Shown: one piece after another, positions 1 through 10,605 of the stretch
Numbering within the stretch: position 1 is the first letter of the stretch
Layout: every line of letters begins with the position of its first letter
IMG/VR virus record: IMGVR_UViG_2877285697_000007
Strand: one strand, 5' to 3'
From: a virus
Lineage: Duplodnaviria; Heunggongvirae; Uroviricota; Caudoviricetes
DNA: 17,757 nucleotides
Notes under the pieces: model-generated
What the model saw: only the letters and a program-made list of their open reading frames with translations
Told to the model about the DNA's origin: nothing
Database searches by the model: none
Made by a program: the position numbers and the translations under genes

Positions 1-88
1 TTATCTTCTGGTATTTAGCTATCCCTCATAAGTTAATTGCCGCTGAGATATCCTAAGCTCTAGCCTCTGAAAATACATTTATATTTCG

Positions 89-124
89 AAGCCCGCGATA
101 TTTTAAGCGGGCTTTTATTTTAAA
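89..124. terminator. Candidate intrinsic terminator: stem AAGCCCGC (89-96) / GCGGGCTT (107-114), 10-nt loop, then TTATTTT on the + strand
   Basis: Inverted repeat read directly from the sequence; the T-run follows the stem on the + strand only, so it fits a + strand gene upstream of the window better than tfa, whose stop is at 120-122. Could be bidirectional. Confidence 0.4.
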
Positions 125-701
125 CTTCAGGTATTACAGGCCACTCAATATCAGGTGCAGTTGATGTATCAACACGGTTCAGCAACACCCGATACTTTTT
201 CCAGGCTTCCAGCAATGAGGTTTCTTCCTCCATTGCGATTTCCAGATCTACAGCATCCTGAAGTGGCGCAATATGCTCACTGGCTACCTGCATCAGGTTG
301 TTTTTTGTTTCTTCCGCCTCCCGGATCCGGAACAGTTTTTCTGCTTCTGCATCTTTCACCCAGGCTGTGCCGTTCCACTTCTGAAACTCCCCTTCCGGGG
401 ATAACCAGGTAACATTTTCCGGTAATAAGCCGAGTTCAGAAATAAATAACGCGTCGCCGGAAGCCACGTCATAAACCGTTTTACCCCGATGGTCTTCAAC
501 AAGATGCCACGATGCCTCATCACTGTTGAAAACAGCCACGAAGCCTGCCGGAATATCTGGCGGTGCAATATCGGTACTGTTTGCTGGCAGACCTGTATGA
601 GGCGGAATATATGCATCACCTTCACCAATAAATTCATTAGTTCCGGCCAGCAGATTATAAATTGTTATGGTCCGTGGTTGTTCACTCATTCTGAATGCCA
701 T
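120..701 (-). CDS. tfa: Tail fiber assembly protein (lambda Tfa family), 193 aa
   Basis: ORF begins [12 protein letters not shown]..., matching my recollection of lambda Tfa across its length. ATG at 699-701 overlaps the stf stop (TAATG on the coding strand), the arrangement expected for coupled stf-tfa. Confidence 0.9.
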   Translation of the reverse strand: MAFRMSEQPRTITIYNLLAGTNEFIGEGDAYIPPHTGLPANSTDIAPPDIPAGFVAVFNSDEASWHLVEDHRGKTVYDVASGDALFISELGLLPENVTWLSPEGEFQKWNGTAWVKDAEAEKLFRIREAEETKNNLMQVASEHIAPLQDAVDLEIAMEEETSLLEAWKKYRVLLNRVDTSTAPDIEWPVIPEV

Positions 702-3664
702 TATGCAAGCCTCACAATATAGTTAAATGCGATGTTTTTGACGGTGTTTTCCGCGTTACCAGCAGCGTTAATGGTGATGGTGTGTCCATGTGAACCAATC
801 GCAACGGAGTGCGTATGAGCACCAATACCGACAGTATGTGCATGTGCGCCTGCGCTTGCAGCAGTGCCGGACAGCGAGTGGGTATGAGCACCATCTGATG
901 ATGTCTTCCCTGCATTACGAGTCTGGCCAGTACCGCTTGTTGTGCTCATAATCCCCGCGCTTAGATTTGAAATCGCGGTATAACCATTAGGGAAAATGCT
1001 CGTGTTCGTGCCACCAAATGCACCGGAACTCTTGTGTTGGTGCGCACCGGCACTATTTGCAGTCCCGCTAATACTATGGGTATGCGCCCCGGTGTTATTC
1101 GTGGATTTGGTTCCGTAATCAAACGACGATGTGTTTTTCGTCCCCAAATCCGTACTGGATGCGCTGGCGCTGTGGGTGTGCGATTTAATGCCGTCCTGTT
1201 CCTGAGACAATACGGCACGACCACTGGCGGGTTTGCCCTTAATCGTCCAGCCACGCATATCAGGGATCACGCCTGACGGATAAGCGGCTGCAAGTTTCGG
1301 GTATGCAGATTTGTCAAAAGTCTGCCCCTGCATCAGGGCATAGCCAGACGGAACGGTATCTGATGGCCACGGGATTGGTGCGCCAGGCGGATAAAACTGC
1401 TCTGATGGCGTATAGAGTGAATAAACTGTACCGTCCGTTAACCCTTCCGGCTTATTAGCAGAATATGCTGGTGACGTATGAATCGTCACGCTGGCATTAC
1501 TGGTATAATCCCATTGAATATTTACACCAGTCGCATAATTTCCGATTGCAACGTAAATATCGTAAGTATCACCAGATGTATTGACCCAGGCAAAATTTGT
1601 AAACCCTGTCAATGTGCGCTGCCATAAAGCACCAGTAATCCCCTTCGGATTACCATTACCTGCACGCAAAACAAGTTCAGATATACCTGCCTGTTGAGGT
1701 GACCCCACGTTAAATCCCGCGCCACCAATCAACGTAATTGAAACAACAGAACTCGCCTGTGGCATGGTTACCGTTGCTAATTTGAACCAACCAGCACCAC
1801 CGCTGAATGACATTGTTGTTGAGTTAAGCGTACCAATATCTTTCGGCGTCAGTGTTATATCCGCTGAAAGCGCCTTACCATTCACCTTACGGGCAGAGGG
1901 TACCCGACCATTCGCATTATCATTAGCTGCTTTCACTGCTTTCGGTGTCGCGGCAAGCGTTTCAGATACGCTGTTGGTTGCACTACTGAGCTGGACAATT
2001 CCTTTTTGTGCTGTCGTAGCGTCATGAGCAGTATATTTCCCGTTAGCAAGGTCATAGGCTGCCTTTACCGACTTTGGCGTTGCCGCCAGCATTTCAGATG
2101 TGCTGTTGGTCGCGCTGCTAAGCTGAACTATCCCTTTCTGTGCTGTCGTTGCATCCTGTGCGGTGTATTTCCCGTTAGCCAGCTCATACGCGGCCTTAAC
2201 GGCTTTTGGCGTTGCCGCCAGTGACTCGGAAGTGCTGTTAGTCGCGCTGCTGAGCTGTACTATCCCCTTTTTCGTCGTGCTCGCATCCTCAAGCGCCACG
2301 GCGGATGCAATATCCTCTGCCCGTTTTGCTGCTGTCTCGGCGCGCGTTGCCGCGGATTCCGCCGTACTCTTGCTCTGAGCTGCCGCCGTCGCACTGCCAG
2401 CTGCCTCTGTCGCCTTCGTGGATGCCGTCGTGGCACTGCCCTTCGCTGCTGATGCTTGTCTGGTCGCCTCATCTTTTGAAGCAGACGCAGATGATGCCGA
2501 TGACGCCGCCGAACTGGCGGACGATGCGGCAGCCGTTTTTGAGGATTCTGCGCTGGTTTCCGACGCTTTCGCGTTCGTCTCGGATGTCTTCGCTGCGGAA
2601 GCAGACCTCGCTGCTGCGCTGGCCTGTACAGCGGCTTCGCCAGCCTTCGTTGTGGCTGTTGAAGCGGACGATGCAGCACTTTCTGCCGATTTTCCGGCGG
2701 CGGTGGCACTGGCTGAGGCCTGCCCGGCACTTGTTGACGCGGCACTGGCAGATGATGCAGCCGCTGTTTTTGAGCCTGCTGCTGCGGAGGCACTCTGTTC
2801 CGCTGCCGTTTCAGAAGACCTGGCGTTTGTCTCAGACGTCTTTGCCGCCTTCGCGGAATTTTCTGCCGCCGTTGCCGAGGAAGCGGCACTACTGGCGCTT
2901 GATGATGCGTTCGTTTCTGATGATTTTGCCGCCTCTTTGGAGGCCGCCGCATCCCGGGCTGAGGTGGCAGATTCTGACGCTTTCGTGGTCGCGGTGGATG
3001 CAGAAGTGGCTGCTGATTGTTGTGACGCTGCAGCATTCGTTTCTGACGTTTTTGCCGCACCGGCACTGGTGGCCGCCGCGCTTTTTGAGGACTCTGCAGC
3101 GGCAGCACTTTTTGATGCTTCAGTGGCCTTTGTTGATGCCGTTCCTGCGCTGGAAGACGCCTCCTGAGCCGACGTCGCGGCCTGTCCGGCTGACGTGCTG
3201 GCTGCACGCGCTGAGCCTGCAGCATCAGTCGCATGGATTGCCGCCTCACTGGCAGATGTGCCGGCATCACTGGCTGACTTCTTCGCGGCTGCCGTGTTCT
3301 GTGCCACCGCGGACGCGTTACGCGCCACCTCTTCCACCATCAGTTCAAAACGGCGCAGAGCCTCCGGACGGGCATCATCCTCCGTCATGGCACCGAGAAA
3401 ATCATTCAGCGTACCGGGTTGAGAATCTTCATACACGGTGATGGTCCCGGCATGTGACGGCGGGAAGCCTTCCACCAACAGAATAACGCTGTACTGCCCG
3501 TACTCAACGTCCATGCTGTAACGCCCGGCTTCATCCGGATTTTCTGAGGCCAGCGTGTTCACCACCACCGTGGTACTGTTACGTTTTGCTTTCAGCTGGA
3601 TTGTGCAGTTCTGTACCGGTTTTCCTGTGCCGTCTTTCAGTACACCTGAAATCTTTACTGCCAT
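701..3664 (-). CDS. stf: Side tail fiber protein (lambda Stf family), about 987 aa from the ATG at 3662-3664
   Basis: N-terminus [26 protein letters not shown]... matches lambda Stf. The track's start at 3670 is a GTG two codons upstream; the ATG is preferred. Long Ala/Ser/Thr-rich shaft, three tandem ~44-aa repeats, and a His-rich C-terminal tip ending [18 protein letters not shown]. Confidence 0.9.
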   Translation of the reverse strand: MAVKISGVLKDGTGKPVQNCTIQLKAKRNSTTVVVNTLASENPDEAGRYSMDVEYGQYSVILLVEGFPPSHAGTITVYEDSQPGTLNDFLGAMTEDDARPEALRRFELMVEEVARNASAVAQNTAAAKKSASDAGTSASEAAIHATDAAGSARAASTSAGQAATSAQEASSSAGTASTKATEASKSAAAAESSKSAAATSAGAAKTSETNAAASQQSAATSASTATTKASESATSARDAAASKEAAKSSETNASSSASSAASSATAAENSAKAAKTSETNARSSETAAEQSASAAAGSKTAAASSASAASTSAGQASASATAAGKSAESAASSASTATTKAGEAAVQASAAARSASAAKTSETNAKASETSAESSKTAAASSASSAASSASSASASKDEATRQASAAKGSATTASTKATEAAGSATAAAQSKSTAESAATRAETAAKRAEDIASAVALEDASTTKKGIVQLSSATNSTSESLAATPKAVKAAYELANGKYTAQDATTAQKGIVQLSSATNSTSEMLAATPKSVKAAYDLANGKYTAHDATTAQKGIVQLSSATNSVSETLAATPKAVKAANDNANGRVPSARKVNGKALSADITLTPKDIGTLNSTTMSFSGGAGWFKLATVTMPQASSVVSITLIGGAGFNVGSPQQAGISELVLRAGNGNPKGITGALWQRTLTGFTNFAWVNTSGDTYDIYVAIGNYATGVNIQWDYTSNASVTIHTSPAYSANKPEGLTDGTVYSLYTPSEQFYPPGAPIPWPSDTVPSGYALMQGQTFDKSAYPKLAAAYPSGVIPDMRGWTIKGKPASGRAVLSQEQDGIKSHTHSASASSTDLGTKNTSSFDYGTKSTNNTGAHTHSISGTANSAGAHQHKSSGAFGGTNTSIFPNGYTAISNLSAGIMSTTSGTGQTRNAGKTSSDGAHTHSLSGTAASAGAHAHTVGIGAHTHSVAIGSHGHTITINAAGNAENTVKNIAFNYIVRLA
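1900..2330 (-). repeat. Tandem in-frame DNA repeats of 132 bp (about 3 copies) inside stf
   Basis: Repeat units start at about 1970, 2102 and 2234 (GCTGTTGGTTGCACTACTGAGCTGGAC... and variants). They encode the repeated peptide [41 protein letters not shown]. Confidence 0.85.
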
Positions 3665-3671
3665 ATTCACC

Positions 3672-3702
3672 CCACAAAAAAGCCCGCCTGAACCGGCGGG
3701 CT
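3672..3702 (-). terminator. Intrinsic terminator downstream of lom
   Basis: Minus-strand stem AGCCCGCC / GGCGGGCT (3681-3688 / 3695-3702) with a 6-nt loop, followed on the minus strand by TTTTTTGTG. It sits between the lom stop (3729) and the stf start (3664). Confidence 0.6.
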
Positions 3703-3728
3703 GTCATAACACTGTGTTACCTGGCTAA

Positions 3729-4328
3729 TCAGAATTTATAACCAACACCCACGATGAACCCGTCAGTGCGCCAGTCACCACTGCCGGAGCCTTCATAAGC
3801 AATATCAATAGCCACGGATTCGGTCGGGTTAAACTGCACGCCAGCTCCCCACGCCAGAGACGTGTTGCTGTGGCGACCGTCATCACTTCCGGTCAGCACG
3901 TCGTGCGTTTTCCCCTTGTTGTCAGTTACGCGGAGATAATCCCCGGAGAAAGTCGACACACGGCTGTAAGCCACACCCGCCATCGCATACGCGCTGAACC
4001 ATTCATTCACGCGCACAGACGGCCCCGCCATCACGCTGAACCAGCGGTTACGAACGGAATCTTCATGCCAGCGGGTATCGCTGTAACGGGTAAGCTGGCG
4101 ATTCTTGTCTCCTGCATAGCTGAATGACGTCACCATCCCCAGTGTGTCCGTAAACTCATAACGGTATTTCACGTTAATCCCGTTCAGATCATCGCTGCCG
4201 GGAACGTTCGTCGAGGCATGAAGATACCCCGCGCTCAGCGTGGACTGATGTTCAGATGCCCATGCAGGCGCACCGGATACGGCCAGACAAATGGCTGCGG
4301 AAAAAATGGCGGCATAAAGTTTACGCAT
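3729..4328 (-). CDS. lom: Outer membrane protein Lom (Ail/Lom/PagC family), 199 aa
   Basis: Start [24 protein letters not shown] looks like a signal peptide. C-terminus [24 protein letters not shown] is identical to my recollection of lambda Lom. The track ORF 3729-4586 is an upstream in-frame extension that runs into the IS4 end; the ATG at 4326-4328 with GAGAGG upstream is the likely start. Confidence 0.9.
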   Translation of the reverse strand: MRKLYAAIFSAAICLAVSGAPAWASEHQSTLSAGYLHASTNVPGSDDLNGINVKYRYEFTDTLGMVTSFSYAGDKNRQLTRYSDTRWHEDSVRNRWFSVMAGPSVRVNEWFSAYAMAGVAYSRVSTFSGDYLRVTDNKGKTHDVLTGSDDGRHSNTSLAWGAGVQFNPTESVAIDIAYEGSGSGDWRTDGFIVGVGYKF

Positions 4329-4360
4329 AATTACCTCTCGCTTTTCTGCAATAAAAAAGG

Positions 4361-4374
4361 CACCATTTCTGGTG
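4361..4374. repeat. Target-site duplication, left copy (CACCATTTCTGGTG), flanking IS4
   Basis: The same 14-mer occurs at 5801-5814, immediately outside both IS4 ends. Confidence 0.8.
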
Positions 4375-5800
4375 TAATGCCAGTCAGTTAAGCAACTGAC
4401 TGGCTCTTTTTCGGGGCTGTGGGGTATTTCCAGGGCCTCTCCTTTACCACTCTCGGGAAGGCCCTTCCCCTTCTCGTCGGTAATTTCACAAGTTGTCCCA
4501 TACTTGCAAGATCGCGCATCAGCTCCGGTATACGTCCCGGTGAAGCGCCCTGCAATGTCATCAGCATTCTCATCACCATTCCGCATGATTCTGAGAAACT
4601 CAGTTGATTCGGCCAGTAACCTTTCAGATGTTCCGCCATTTTAATCATCTGATATCTCACCAGATTATAAGCCAGTAAGACACCCCACAGCTCTTGCTCC
4701 ACAAGCTCCGGCTTTTTACTTCTCAGCGTCAGCCTGCTCAGTTGCATCGTCTGTTTTATCTCCCTGTATCCCAGTTCGATTTCCCAGCGATGACTGTACA
4801 GATCCGCCATTTCTCCTCCGGGGAAGCGCATGGCGTCCGTCATCGACGTCAGCAGATGGCAGACTTTTCCTTTGCGCGTCACGGTCAGCAGGCGGGCTGT
4901 CACTTCATTTCCCAGTCCCGGCCACTTTTTTCGTGCCTGCGGGCTGGTTTTCAGCTTCACCAGATGATCGCCTTTACCCAGTTTTCTGAGCTCTTCATAT
5001 TGCGCTCCCTTTCTGAGAGGTATCATCCAGTGGCGGTGTTCTCCCGCCAGGCTCCAGGCATTTAACAGTCCCAGTGAGTAATAACCTTTATCCATTAACG
5101 TCAGAGTGTTATCGCCGGTTTGTTCTATAAGTTGCTCAGCAAGCTCATTTTCGCTGTTCTTCATCGTGCCGAAGGCTGCAGCCGTCAGCAGATGGCTGGT
5201 CAGTTCCATCTGGCAGACCATTTTGACCTGCGGGTAGAGCGCCGGGTTCCCGGCATGTGTCTGGCGGGGGAAGGCTGCATCGTTCTCTGGTGTATCCGGT
5301 GTGCGCCAGAACACACCATCGATGGCCAGCAGGGTCAGGCCGCACCAGTGCGGATGCGGCGTGGCGTTATGCCAGAGCTGCGCTGTTTTCGTGAACACGC
5401 GGCGGACAGCCTCACTTCCCAGGCGCTGGCGGGCCTGAATAACGGCACTGGGGGCAACGAAGGGGCGATTGCCCGGCAGCATGATGTCCAGGCGATTCAC
5501 AATCTGGTGAAGAGGTTCTTTACGCTCAAGCGCCATGCCAACAATACACCAGACCATCATTTCGAGGGGAAGACGGCGCTTGCGTAGCGTTACAGTACCT
5601 GATTCGGCAAGGCAACGAGAGATGAGTTCGGGGTCGAGGTAATCCCCCAGAGAAGTCAGTGGATTACGCAGAGAATCGTAACGGGATACCAGATCAAGAG
5701 TCTGTCCAATGTGCATAAAAAAATCCGGAAACAAGTGAGCGTTTCCGGATTCTTACACAGCCACTGGATCGGTCAACTGATCCTTAACTGATCGGCATTA
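4375..5800 (-). mobile_element. IS4, complete, 1426 bp
   Basis: Terminal imperfect inverted repeats TAATGCCAGTCAGTTAAG (4375-) and TAATGCCGATCAGTTAAG (revcomp, ending 5800), 16 of 18 matching. Encodes an IS4-type transposase. The length equals the known IS4 size. Confidence 0.9.
4388..5716 (-). CDS. insG: IS4 transposase (DDE, IS4 family), about 442 aa
   Basis: Sequence [40 protein letters not shown]... matches recalled IS4 InsG. ATG at 5714-5716; the track's 5734 start is an upstream in-frame extension. Confidence 0.9.
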   Translation of the reverse strand: MHIGQTLDLVSRYDSLRNPLTSLGDYLDPELISRCLAESGTVTLRKRRLPLEMMVWCIVGMALERKEPLHQIVNRLDIMLPGNRPFVAPSAVIQARQRLGSEAVRRVFTKTAQLWHNATPHPHWCGLTLLAIDGVFWRTPDTPENDAAFPRQTHAGNPALYPQVKMVCQMELTSHLLTAAAFGTMKNSENELAEQLIEQTGDNTLTLMDKGYYSLGLLNAWSLAGEHRHWMIPLRKGAQYEELRKLGKGDHLVKLKTSPQARKKWPGLGNEVTARLLTVTRKGKVCHLLTSMTDAMRFPGGEMADLYSHRWEIELGYREIKQTMQLSRLTLRSKKPELVEQELWGVLLAYNLVRYQMIKMAEHLKGYWPNQLSFSESCGMVMRMLMTLQGASPGRIPELMRDLASMGQLVKLPTRRGRAFPRVVKERPWKYPTAPKKSQSVA

Positions 5801-5814
5801 CACCATTTCTGGTG
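5801..5814. repeat. Target-site duplication, right copy (CACCATTTCTGGTG), flanking IS4
   Basis: Identical to 4361-4374. Confidence 0.8.
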
Positions 5815-5837
5815 CCCTTATATGGGTTATAACAATT

Positions 5838-8800
5838 TCAACGAATACTGATGCCGGAAGCGGCTTTTTTGGTCACAATCACCGTACAGTCGGTGATATT
5901 ACCTGCCCGCTGATTGCCTTTATGGAAAACCTTAAACTCCAGAGTGACGCTTCCCCTGCCACTCGGCATATCAATAACCGCACTGTAGCTACCGGGAATG
6001 GCCCCTTTAGTTTCTCTGGATGCGATTAATACACCGTTTTTGCGAACTTCAAAACCATAACCCGTGTATCTTGTACCTCCCGGGTTATTACCACTTCCCG
6101 GATCGCTATACGCTATTCCGTTAAAGATAATGGGCGGAATAATGATTTGACGGTCAAAGTTATGATCATCGCTGATGGTGACTGTAACCGTCCCGTTTGG
6201 TGTTTCCGTATTACCCCACGTACCAGCCTGTTTCGGGAATGATTTGGATACAGCTTTAACGAAGTCACCTCTGACCTGAGTCGCCTCCAGCATGCCCTTA
6301 ATCGTACAGTTTTCATTTACCGTGACATTGTTGAGCGTCCCGGCGTTCGCATTCACACTGCCACTGATATCCGCATTTTTAGCGGTCAGCTTTCCGTCCG
6401 GAGTCAGGGAAAATGCCGGTGGATTTCCACCACTGGTAATGGTCGGGGCCGTCAGGCGCTTCAGGAACACGTCGTTCATAAATATCTGATTGCCCTGCGC
6501 CACAAACATCGGCGTTTCATTCCCGTTTGCCGGGTCAATAAACGCGATACGATTGGCGGCAACCAGAAACTGACTCAGTTTGCCTTCCTCCGTGTCCTCC
6601 ATGCTGAGGCCAATACCCGCGACATAATGTTTGCCGTCTTTGGTCTGCTCAATTTTGACAGCCCACATGGCATTCCACTTATCGTTGGCATCCTTCCACT
6701 CTTTCGAAAACTCATCCAGTCTGCTGGCGTTATCCTCCGTCAGGTCGACTTTTTCCAGCAACTCCTTGCCGAGATGAGATTCGGTTATCTTGCCTTTGAA
6801 AAAATCCAGGTAACCTTCCGCATCATCGCTCGCCCGACCGACAGCCTCCACGAATGCCGATTTGCCAACGGTGTTCACACTGCGGATATAAAAGTAATAA
6901 TCATGGCCCGGTTTGATATTGATACTGGCGGCTATCCAGTACAGCCCCGTGCCAAGATAGCGGGCTGCGGTTTCAACCTGCCTGATATCGGTAATCCGCG
7001 TTTCCGAGAACCAGAACTCAAACTGTACCGTCGGATCATAAACCGCAAGATGCGGCGTGGCAGTTATCTGAAAATAGCCTGGCGTCAGCTCAATCTGTGA
7101 CGGCGCTGCCGGTGCGGCAATCCGGAACGATACCGATGCCGGATCGCCCTGCTGTCCCCACGCATTTACCGCCCGGACTGTCAGCCTGTAGTTCCCCAGC
7201 GCCAGTTGCGTGAAGCGGTATGTGGTTTCCGCCGTCCGGGCCGTGCTGACCAGCGGCTCACTGCCGTCATCCGCTGCCACGGTCAGGCGAAGCAGGAAAC
7301 TCACGCCCTTCACCACCTTCGGCGTGTCCCAGCGCGCCAGTACCTGATATTCCCCGCTGTCTGCGGTGACTTCGGCAGTCAGGTGCTGCACCGCTGGCGG
7401 CGTGACACCATTCACCGTGCCGCTCTGGTCACCGTCAAAGTGCGCCCCGTTATCCACGATGGCTTCTTTTTCAGGCACATGCTGCACGGCGGTGATGGCA
7501 TACGTACCGTCGTCGTTCTCACGGATACTCACACAACGGAACAGGCGCTGGCGCAGCGTCGGCAGCTTCAACCCCCACACGCTGTATCCGGCAACGCCGT
7601 CAGGAACCCGGCTCACTTTCACCTTCACGCCGTCGGTGACGGACTGAACCTCCACGCTGACCGGATTGCCACTTCCGTCAACCAGGCTTATCAGCGTGGT
7701 ACCGGAGGATGGCAGCGTGATTTCACGGTCGAGCGTCAGCGTCCGGGTCTGGCTGTTTACCGCCAGCACGCGACCACCGATGCTGATACCGGCATAGTCA
7801 TCATCGCAGATTTCAATGACATCGCCCGGTACATGGCGAAGCCCTTCGGCACCCACGCTGAAGTCCACGGTCTGCGTCTCCAGCAGTTCCGTTTTAATCA
7901 GCCACAGCCCGGCGCGGTGTGCCTGCCCCCGGCTGGTACAGCCAAAGGCATCCATCTTCGTGACGTTACGACCGTAACGGGCAATGGCCTGCGTATCTTC
8001 AACAAGCTCTGTCGCCGTCTCCCAGCCGTTATCCGGGTCAATCCAGTTCACCTCAACGGCATTATGGCGGTCTTTCAGGGCGCTGAAGCTGTAGCGGAAC
8101 GGCGCGCCATCATCCGGCATCACCACATTACTGCGGTTATAGGTCCACACCTTATCCGACGGTCGGTCCTGCACGAACGTCAGCGTCTGCCCGTTCCATA
8201 CCGGCATACAGCGCATCGCCGAGCAGAAATCACTGAGCACATCCCACGCCTTGCGCTGTGTGGTCAGGTACGCATTACAGGTGATGCGCGGCTCCGTGCC
8301 GCCAAAGCCGTCCGGCACTGACTGGTCGCAGTACTGGCCGATGACATACAGCGCCCATTTATCCACATCCGCTGCACCAAGACGTTTCCCCATGCCGTAG
8401 CGCGGGTGGGTCAGCATATCCCACAGACACCAGGCCATGTTGTTGCTGTATGCCGGTTTTAACGTTCCGTCCCAGATACCGCTGTATTGCCGCGTCTGCG
8501 GGTTATAGTTCGACGGCACCTGCAGAATGCGCCCGCGCAGATGATAATTACGGCTCACCTGCTGGCTGCCGAACTGCTCCGAGTCCACCTGTACGCCGAC
8601 CAGTGCCGTGTTCGGGTAGCACTGTTTCACATCGATGATTTCGGTGTATGACGACCAGAGCGTTTTGTTCTGCAGCTGGTCTGTGGTGCTGTCCGGCGTC
8701 ATCCTGCGCATCCGGATATTGAACGGGCGCGGCGGCAGGTTACCCACCACCACCGATGCCAGATACTGTGAGGTGGTTTTGCCTTTAATGGTGATGTCTT

Positions 8801-9251
8801 TTTCCGTCACCCAGCCACCGTTACGCTGTATCTGAACCAGCAGGCGGACTTCCGACGGATTCCGGTCCCCCTTTGAGGTGGTTTCCACCAGTGCCTGCAC
8901 GCCGAAAGTAAAACGCAGACGGTCAATGTTTGCCGACCTGATGGTGCGGGTGATCGGCGTGTCATATTTCACTTCCGTACCCAGCACCGTCTCGGAGCCG
9001 GAGGATTCAAAACCCTCCGGCGGTGTCTGCTCCTGCTCACCGGCACGGAACACCACCGTGACGCCGGATATGTTGGTATTACCTTCACTGTCCAGCACCG
9101 GCGTACTGTTCAGCAGCACGCTTTTTAATCCATCCACCGGACCTTCAACCGGCCCTTCACTGATGGCATCGATCACACTCAGCAACTGCGTGGATTTGAG
9201 GTTGTCCTTCGCTTCGCGCGGGGTATGCCCCTTACTGCTGCCTTTACCCAT
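5838..9251 (-). CDS. J: Tail tip / host specificity protein J (central tail fiber), 1137 aa
   Basis: Starts [34 protein letters not shown]... and tracks lambda gpJ for most of its length. It lies 60 bp downstream of I, as in lambda. Confidence 0.92.
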   Translation of the reverse strand: MGKGSSKGHTPREAKDNLKSTQLLSVIDAISEGPVEGPVDGLKSVLLNSTPVLDSEGNTNISGVTVVFRAGEQEQTPPEGFESSGSETVLGTEVKYDTPITRTIRSANIDRLRFTFGVQALVETTSKGDRNPSEVRLLVQIQRNGGWVTEKDITIKGKTTSQYLASVVVGNLPPRPFNIRMRRMTPDSTTDQLQNKTLWSSYTEIIDVKQCYPNTALVGVQVDSEQFGSQQVSRNYHLRGRILQVPSNYNPQTRQYSGIWDGTLKPAYSNNMAWCLWDMLTHPRYGMGKRLGAADVDKWALYVIGQYCDQSVPDGFGGTEPRITCNAYLTTQRKAWDVLSDFCSAMRCMPVWNGQTLTFVQDRPSDKVWTYNRSNVVMPDDGAPFRYSFSALKDRHNAVEVNWIDPDNGWETATELVEDTQAIARYGRNVTKMDAFGCTSRGQAHRAGLWLIKTELLETQTVDFSVGAEGLRHVPGDVIEICDDDYAGISIGGRVLAVNSQTRTLTLDREITLPSSGTTLISLVDGSGNPVSVEVQSVTDGVKVKVSRVPDGVAGYSVWGLKLPTLRQRLFRCVSIRENDDGTYAITAVQHVPEKEAIVDNGAHFDGDQSGTVNGVTPPAVQHLTAEVTADSGEYQVLARWDTPKVVKGVSFLLRLTVAADDGSEPLVSTARTAETTYRFTQLALGNYRLTVRAVNAWGQQGDPASVSFRIAAPAAPSQIELTPGYFQITATPHLAVYDPTVQFEFWFSETRITDIRQVETAARYLGTGLYWIAASINIKPGHDYYFYIRSVNTVGKSAFVEAVGRASDDAEGYLDFFKGKITESHLGKELLEKVDLTEDNASRLDEFSKEWKDANDKWNAMWAVKIEQTKDGKHYVAGIGLSMEDTEEGKLSQFLVAANRIAFIDPANGNETPMFVAQGNQIFMNDVFLKRLTAPTITSGGNPPAFSLTPDGKLTAKNADISGSVNANAGTLNNVTVNENCTIKGMLEATQVRGDFVKAVSKSFPKQAGTWGNTETPNGTVTVTISDDHNFDRQIIIPPIIFNGIAYSDPGSGNNPGGTRYTGYGFEVRKNGVLIASRETKGAIPGSYSAVIDMPSGRGSVTLEFKVFHKGNQRAGNITDCTVIVTKKAASGISIR

Positions 9252-9273
9252 TCGTCACGCTCCATAAACGACA

Positions 9274-9293
9274 AAACCGCCCGCAGGCGGTTT
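9274..9293 (-). other. Stable hairpin in the I-J spacer: AAACCGCC / GGCGGTTT with a CGCA loop
   Basis: Perfect 8-bp inverted repeat read from the sequence, 20 bp upstream of the J start codon. Function unknown. Confidence 0.3.
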
Positions 9294-9311
9294 CACATAA
9301 AATGTTTTGCA

Positions 9312-9959
9312 TCAGCGACCAATCACCACAACCTGACCACCATCCCCTTCGTCTGCCGTGCTGATCTCCTGAGAAACCACACGTGACCCCACGCGCATTT
9401 CCCCGTACAGAACAGGCAGAACATTACCCTGGGCAACCATGTTATCCAGTGACGAGAAATACGTGTTCTGTTTACCGTTATCTGTACTGGCTGCCGTGGG
9501 CGTCCTGGCTTTCGGTGCCAGCATCTGCGCCACACCACCCAGGATCATACTGGCCCCTGCTGCATACATACCCGATACAGCCGCGGCCCCCAGCCAGCCC
9601 ACAGGGTTCCACCATGCCACCGCAATCAGCGCCGCACCCAGCACCGCCTGAAACACACCGCCACTTTTGGCACCCGCCAGACGCGGAACGATGTGGATCA
9701 CGGCACCATTTGCCAGCGGTTCATTAAGACGGGCAGATAATTCATTTTCGCCTGCATCACGCCCGGCAATGCGCACCTGATACCAGCCGTCGCTCAGTTT
9801 CTGACGAAATGCCGGGAGCTGTGTGGCCAGTGCCCGGATGGCTTCGGCCCCCGTTTTCACACGAAGGTCGATGCGGCGGCCAAATCGCTGCAAATCCCCG
9901 TAAAGGCAGATGCGTGCCATGCCCGGTGACGCCAGAGGGAGTGTGTGCGTCGCTGCCAT
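9312..9959 (-). CDS. I: Tail tip assembly protein I (lambda gpI family), 215 aa
   Basis: Starts MAATHTLPLASPGMARICLYGDLQRFGRRIDLRVKTGAEAIRALATQL and ends ...VVSQEISTADEGDGGQVVVIGR, as in lambda I. Overlaps the 3' end of K by 103 bp, as in lambda. Confidence 0.9.
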   Translation of the reverse strand: MAATHTLPLASPGMARICLYGDLQRFGRRIDLRVKTGAEAIRALATQLPAFRQKLSDGWYQVRIAGRDAGENELSARLNEPLANGAVIHIVPRLAGAKSGGVFQAVLGAALIAVAWWNPVGWLGAAAVSGMYAAGASMILGGVAQMLAPKARTPTAASTDNGKQNTYFSSLDNMVAQGNVLPVLYGEMRVGSRVVSQEISTADEGDGGQVVVIGR

Positions 9960-10600
9960 TTGTCGGTGTACCTCTCTCGTTTGCTCAGTTGTTCAGGAAT
10001 ATGGTGCAGCAGCTCGCCGTCACCACAGTAAATGGCGGCATGATTCGGCACCGATGAACCAAAACAGCACAGCAGCACATCGCCCGGCTGCGCCGTTGAC
10101 AACGGCACCTGATACAGCCCTGTAGCCTCCAGATTATCCAGATAGAGATTCTGACCATTACGCCACCAGTCGTCCTCACGATGAAAATCTGGCATCTCAA
10201 TTCCCGCCAGATGGTAAGCGTCCCGGAACAGCGTGTAACAGTCCGTCACCCCGTGCTCAAAGCACCGCCCGGTGAGATGCGGCACACAGCGGAACTTATG
10301 AATCGCCCCGCGGCAGACCAGCCACCACGACAAATCACTCTGCACCTGCAGCCGCCGGTCGGCCTCACTCAGCCAGGGCAGACCACCGGGGTGGCTGTGG
10401 ACCAGCGCCACAATCTCACCCTGCATCTCTGCCTGCAGCCAGTCCTCCGGAGCCATCCGGAAATACTCCTCCGGCTCACCGGAAATATTCACGCAGGGAA
10501 AATATCTTTCCCCCTCCGGTGTTCTCACCACGAAGCCGCACGACTCCGCTGGCGCACATCGCCGGGCGTGCGCCAGAATCGCTGATTCTGTCTGTGTCAT
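9857..10600 (-). CDS. K: Tail tip assembly protein K (MPN/JAMM plus NlpC/P60 domains), 247-aa ORF
   Basis: Contains the JAMM-type motif EIVALVHSHPGGLPWLSEAD and a downstream Cys/His segment GVTDCYTLFRDAYHLAG. The ORF starts 5 bp after the L stop. The classical 199-aa lambda K corresponds to the internal ATG at 10454-10456 (MAPEDWLQ...). Confidence 0.85.
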   Translation of the reverse strand: MTQTESAILAHARRCAPAESCGFVVRTPEGERYFPCVNISGEPEEYFRMAPEDWLQAEMQGEIVALVHSHPGGLPWLSEADRRLQVQSDLSWWLVCRGAIHKFRCVPHLTGRCFEHGVTDCYTLFRDAYHLAGIEMPDFHREDDWWRNGQNLYLDNLEATGLYQVPLSTAQPGDVLLCCFGSSVPNHAAIYCGDGELLHHIPEQLSKRERYTDKWQRRTHSLWRHRAWHASAFTGICSDLAAASTFV

Positions 10601-10605
10601 GGGAT

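Noticed and set aside
1900-2330. Possible CRISPR array or non-coding satellite suggested by the 132-bp tandem periodicity
   Set aside because: The repeats are in-frame within stf, encode a repeated peptide, are contiguous without unique spacers, and have no cas genes nearby. They are a coding tandem repeat.
2260-3441. Three long alternative-frame ORFs (2260-3270 minus, 2305-3441 plus, 2418-3167 plus) with Arg/Pro/Gln-rich or Ala/Asp-rich translations
   Set aside because: They lie entirely within the GC-rich, repetitive Ala/Ser/Thr-coding part of stf, whose own frame has clear homology. They are compositional artefacts of low-complexity coding sequence.
3665-3670. GTG start at 3668-3670 for stf (track start MNMAVK)
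   Set aside because: Lambda-type Stf proteins begin MAVKISG; the ATG at 3662-3664 is preferred. The two extra codons are probably a start-calling artefact.
3729-4586. Track ORF giving a 285-aa N-terminally extended Lom
   Set aside because: The extension reads across the IS4 terminal repeat and the target duplication. Lom homology and the signal peptide begin at the internal ATG at 4326-4328, which has its own RBS.
4419-5587. Plus-strand ORFs inside IS4 (4694-5065, 5120-5587) and the 5145-5345 minus-strand ORF
   Set aside because: They overlap the well-supported IS4 transposase frame; IS4 is known to encode a single transposase.
6292-9267. Several plus-strand ORFs antisense to J (6627-7100, 7206-8321, 7366-7647, 8878-9267 and others)
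   Set aside because: The opposite strand encodes J with strong homology over its whole length. These are shadow ORFs without convincing ribosome-binding sites, with His/Arg-rich unnatural composition.
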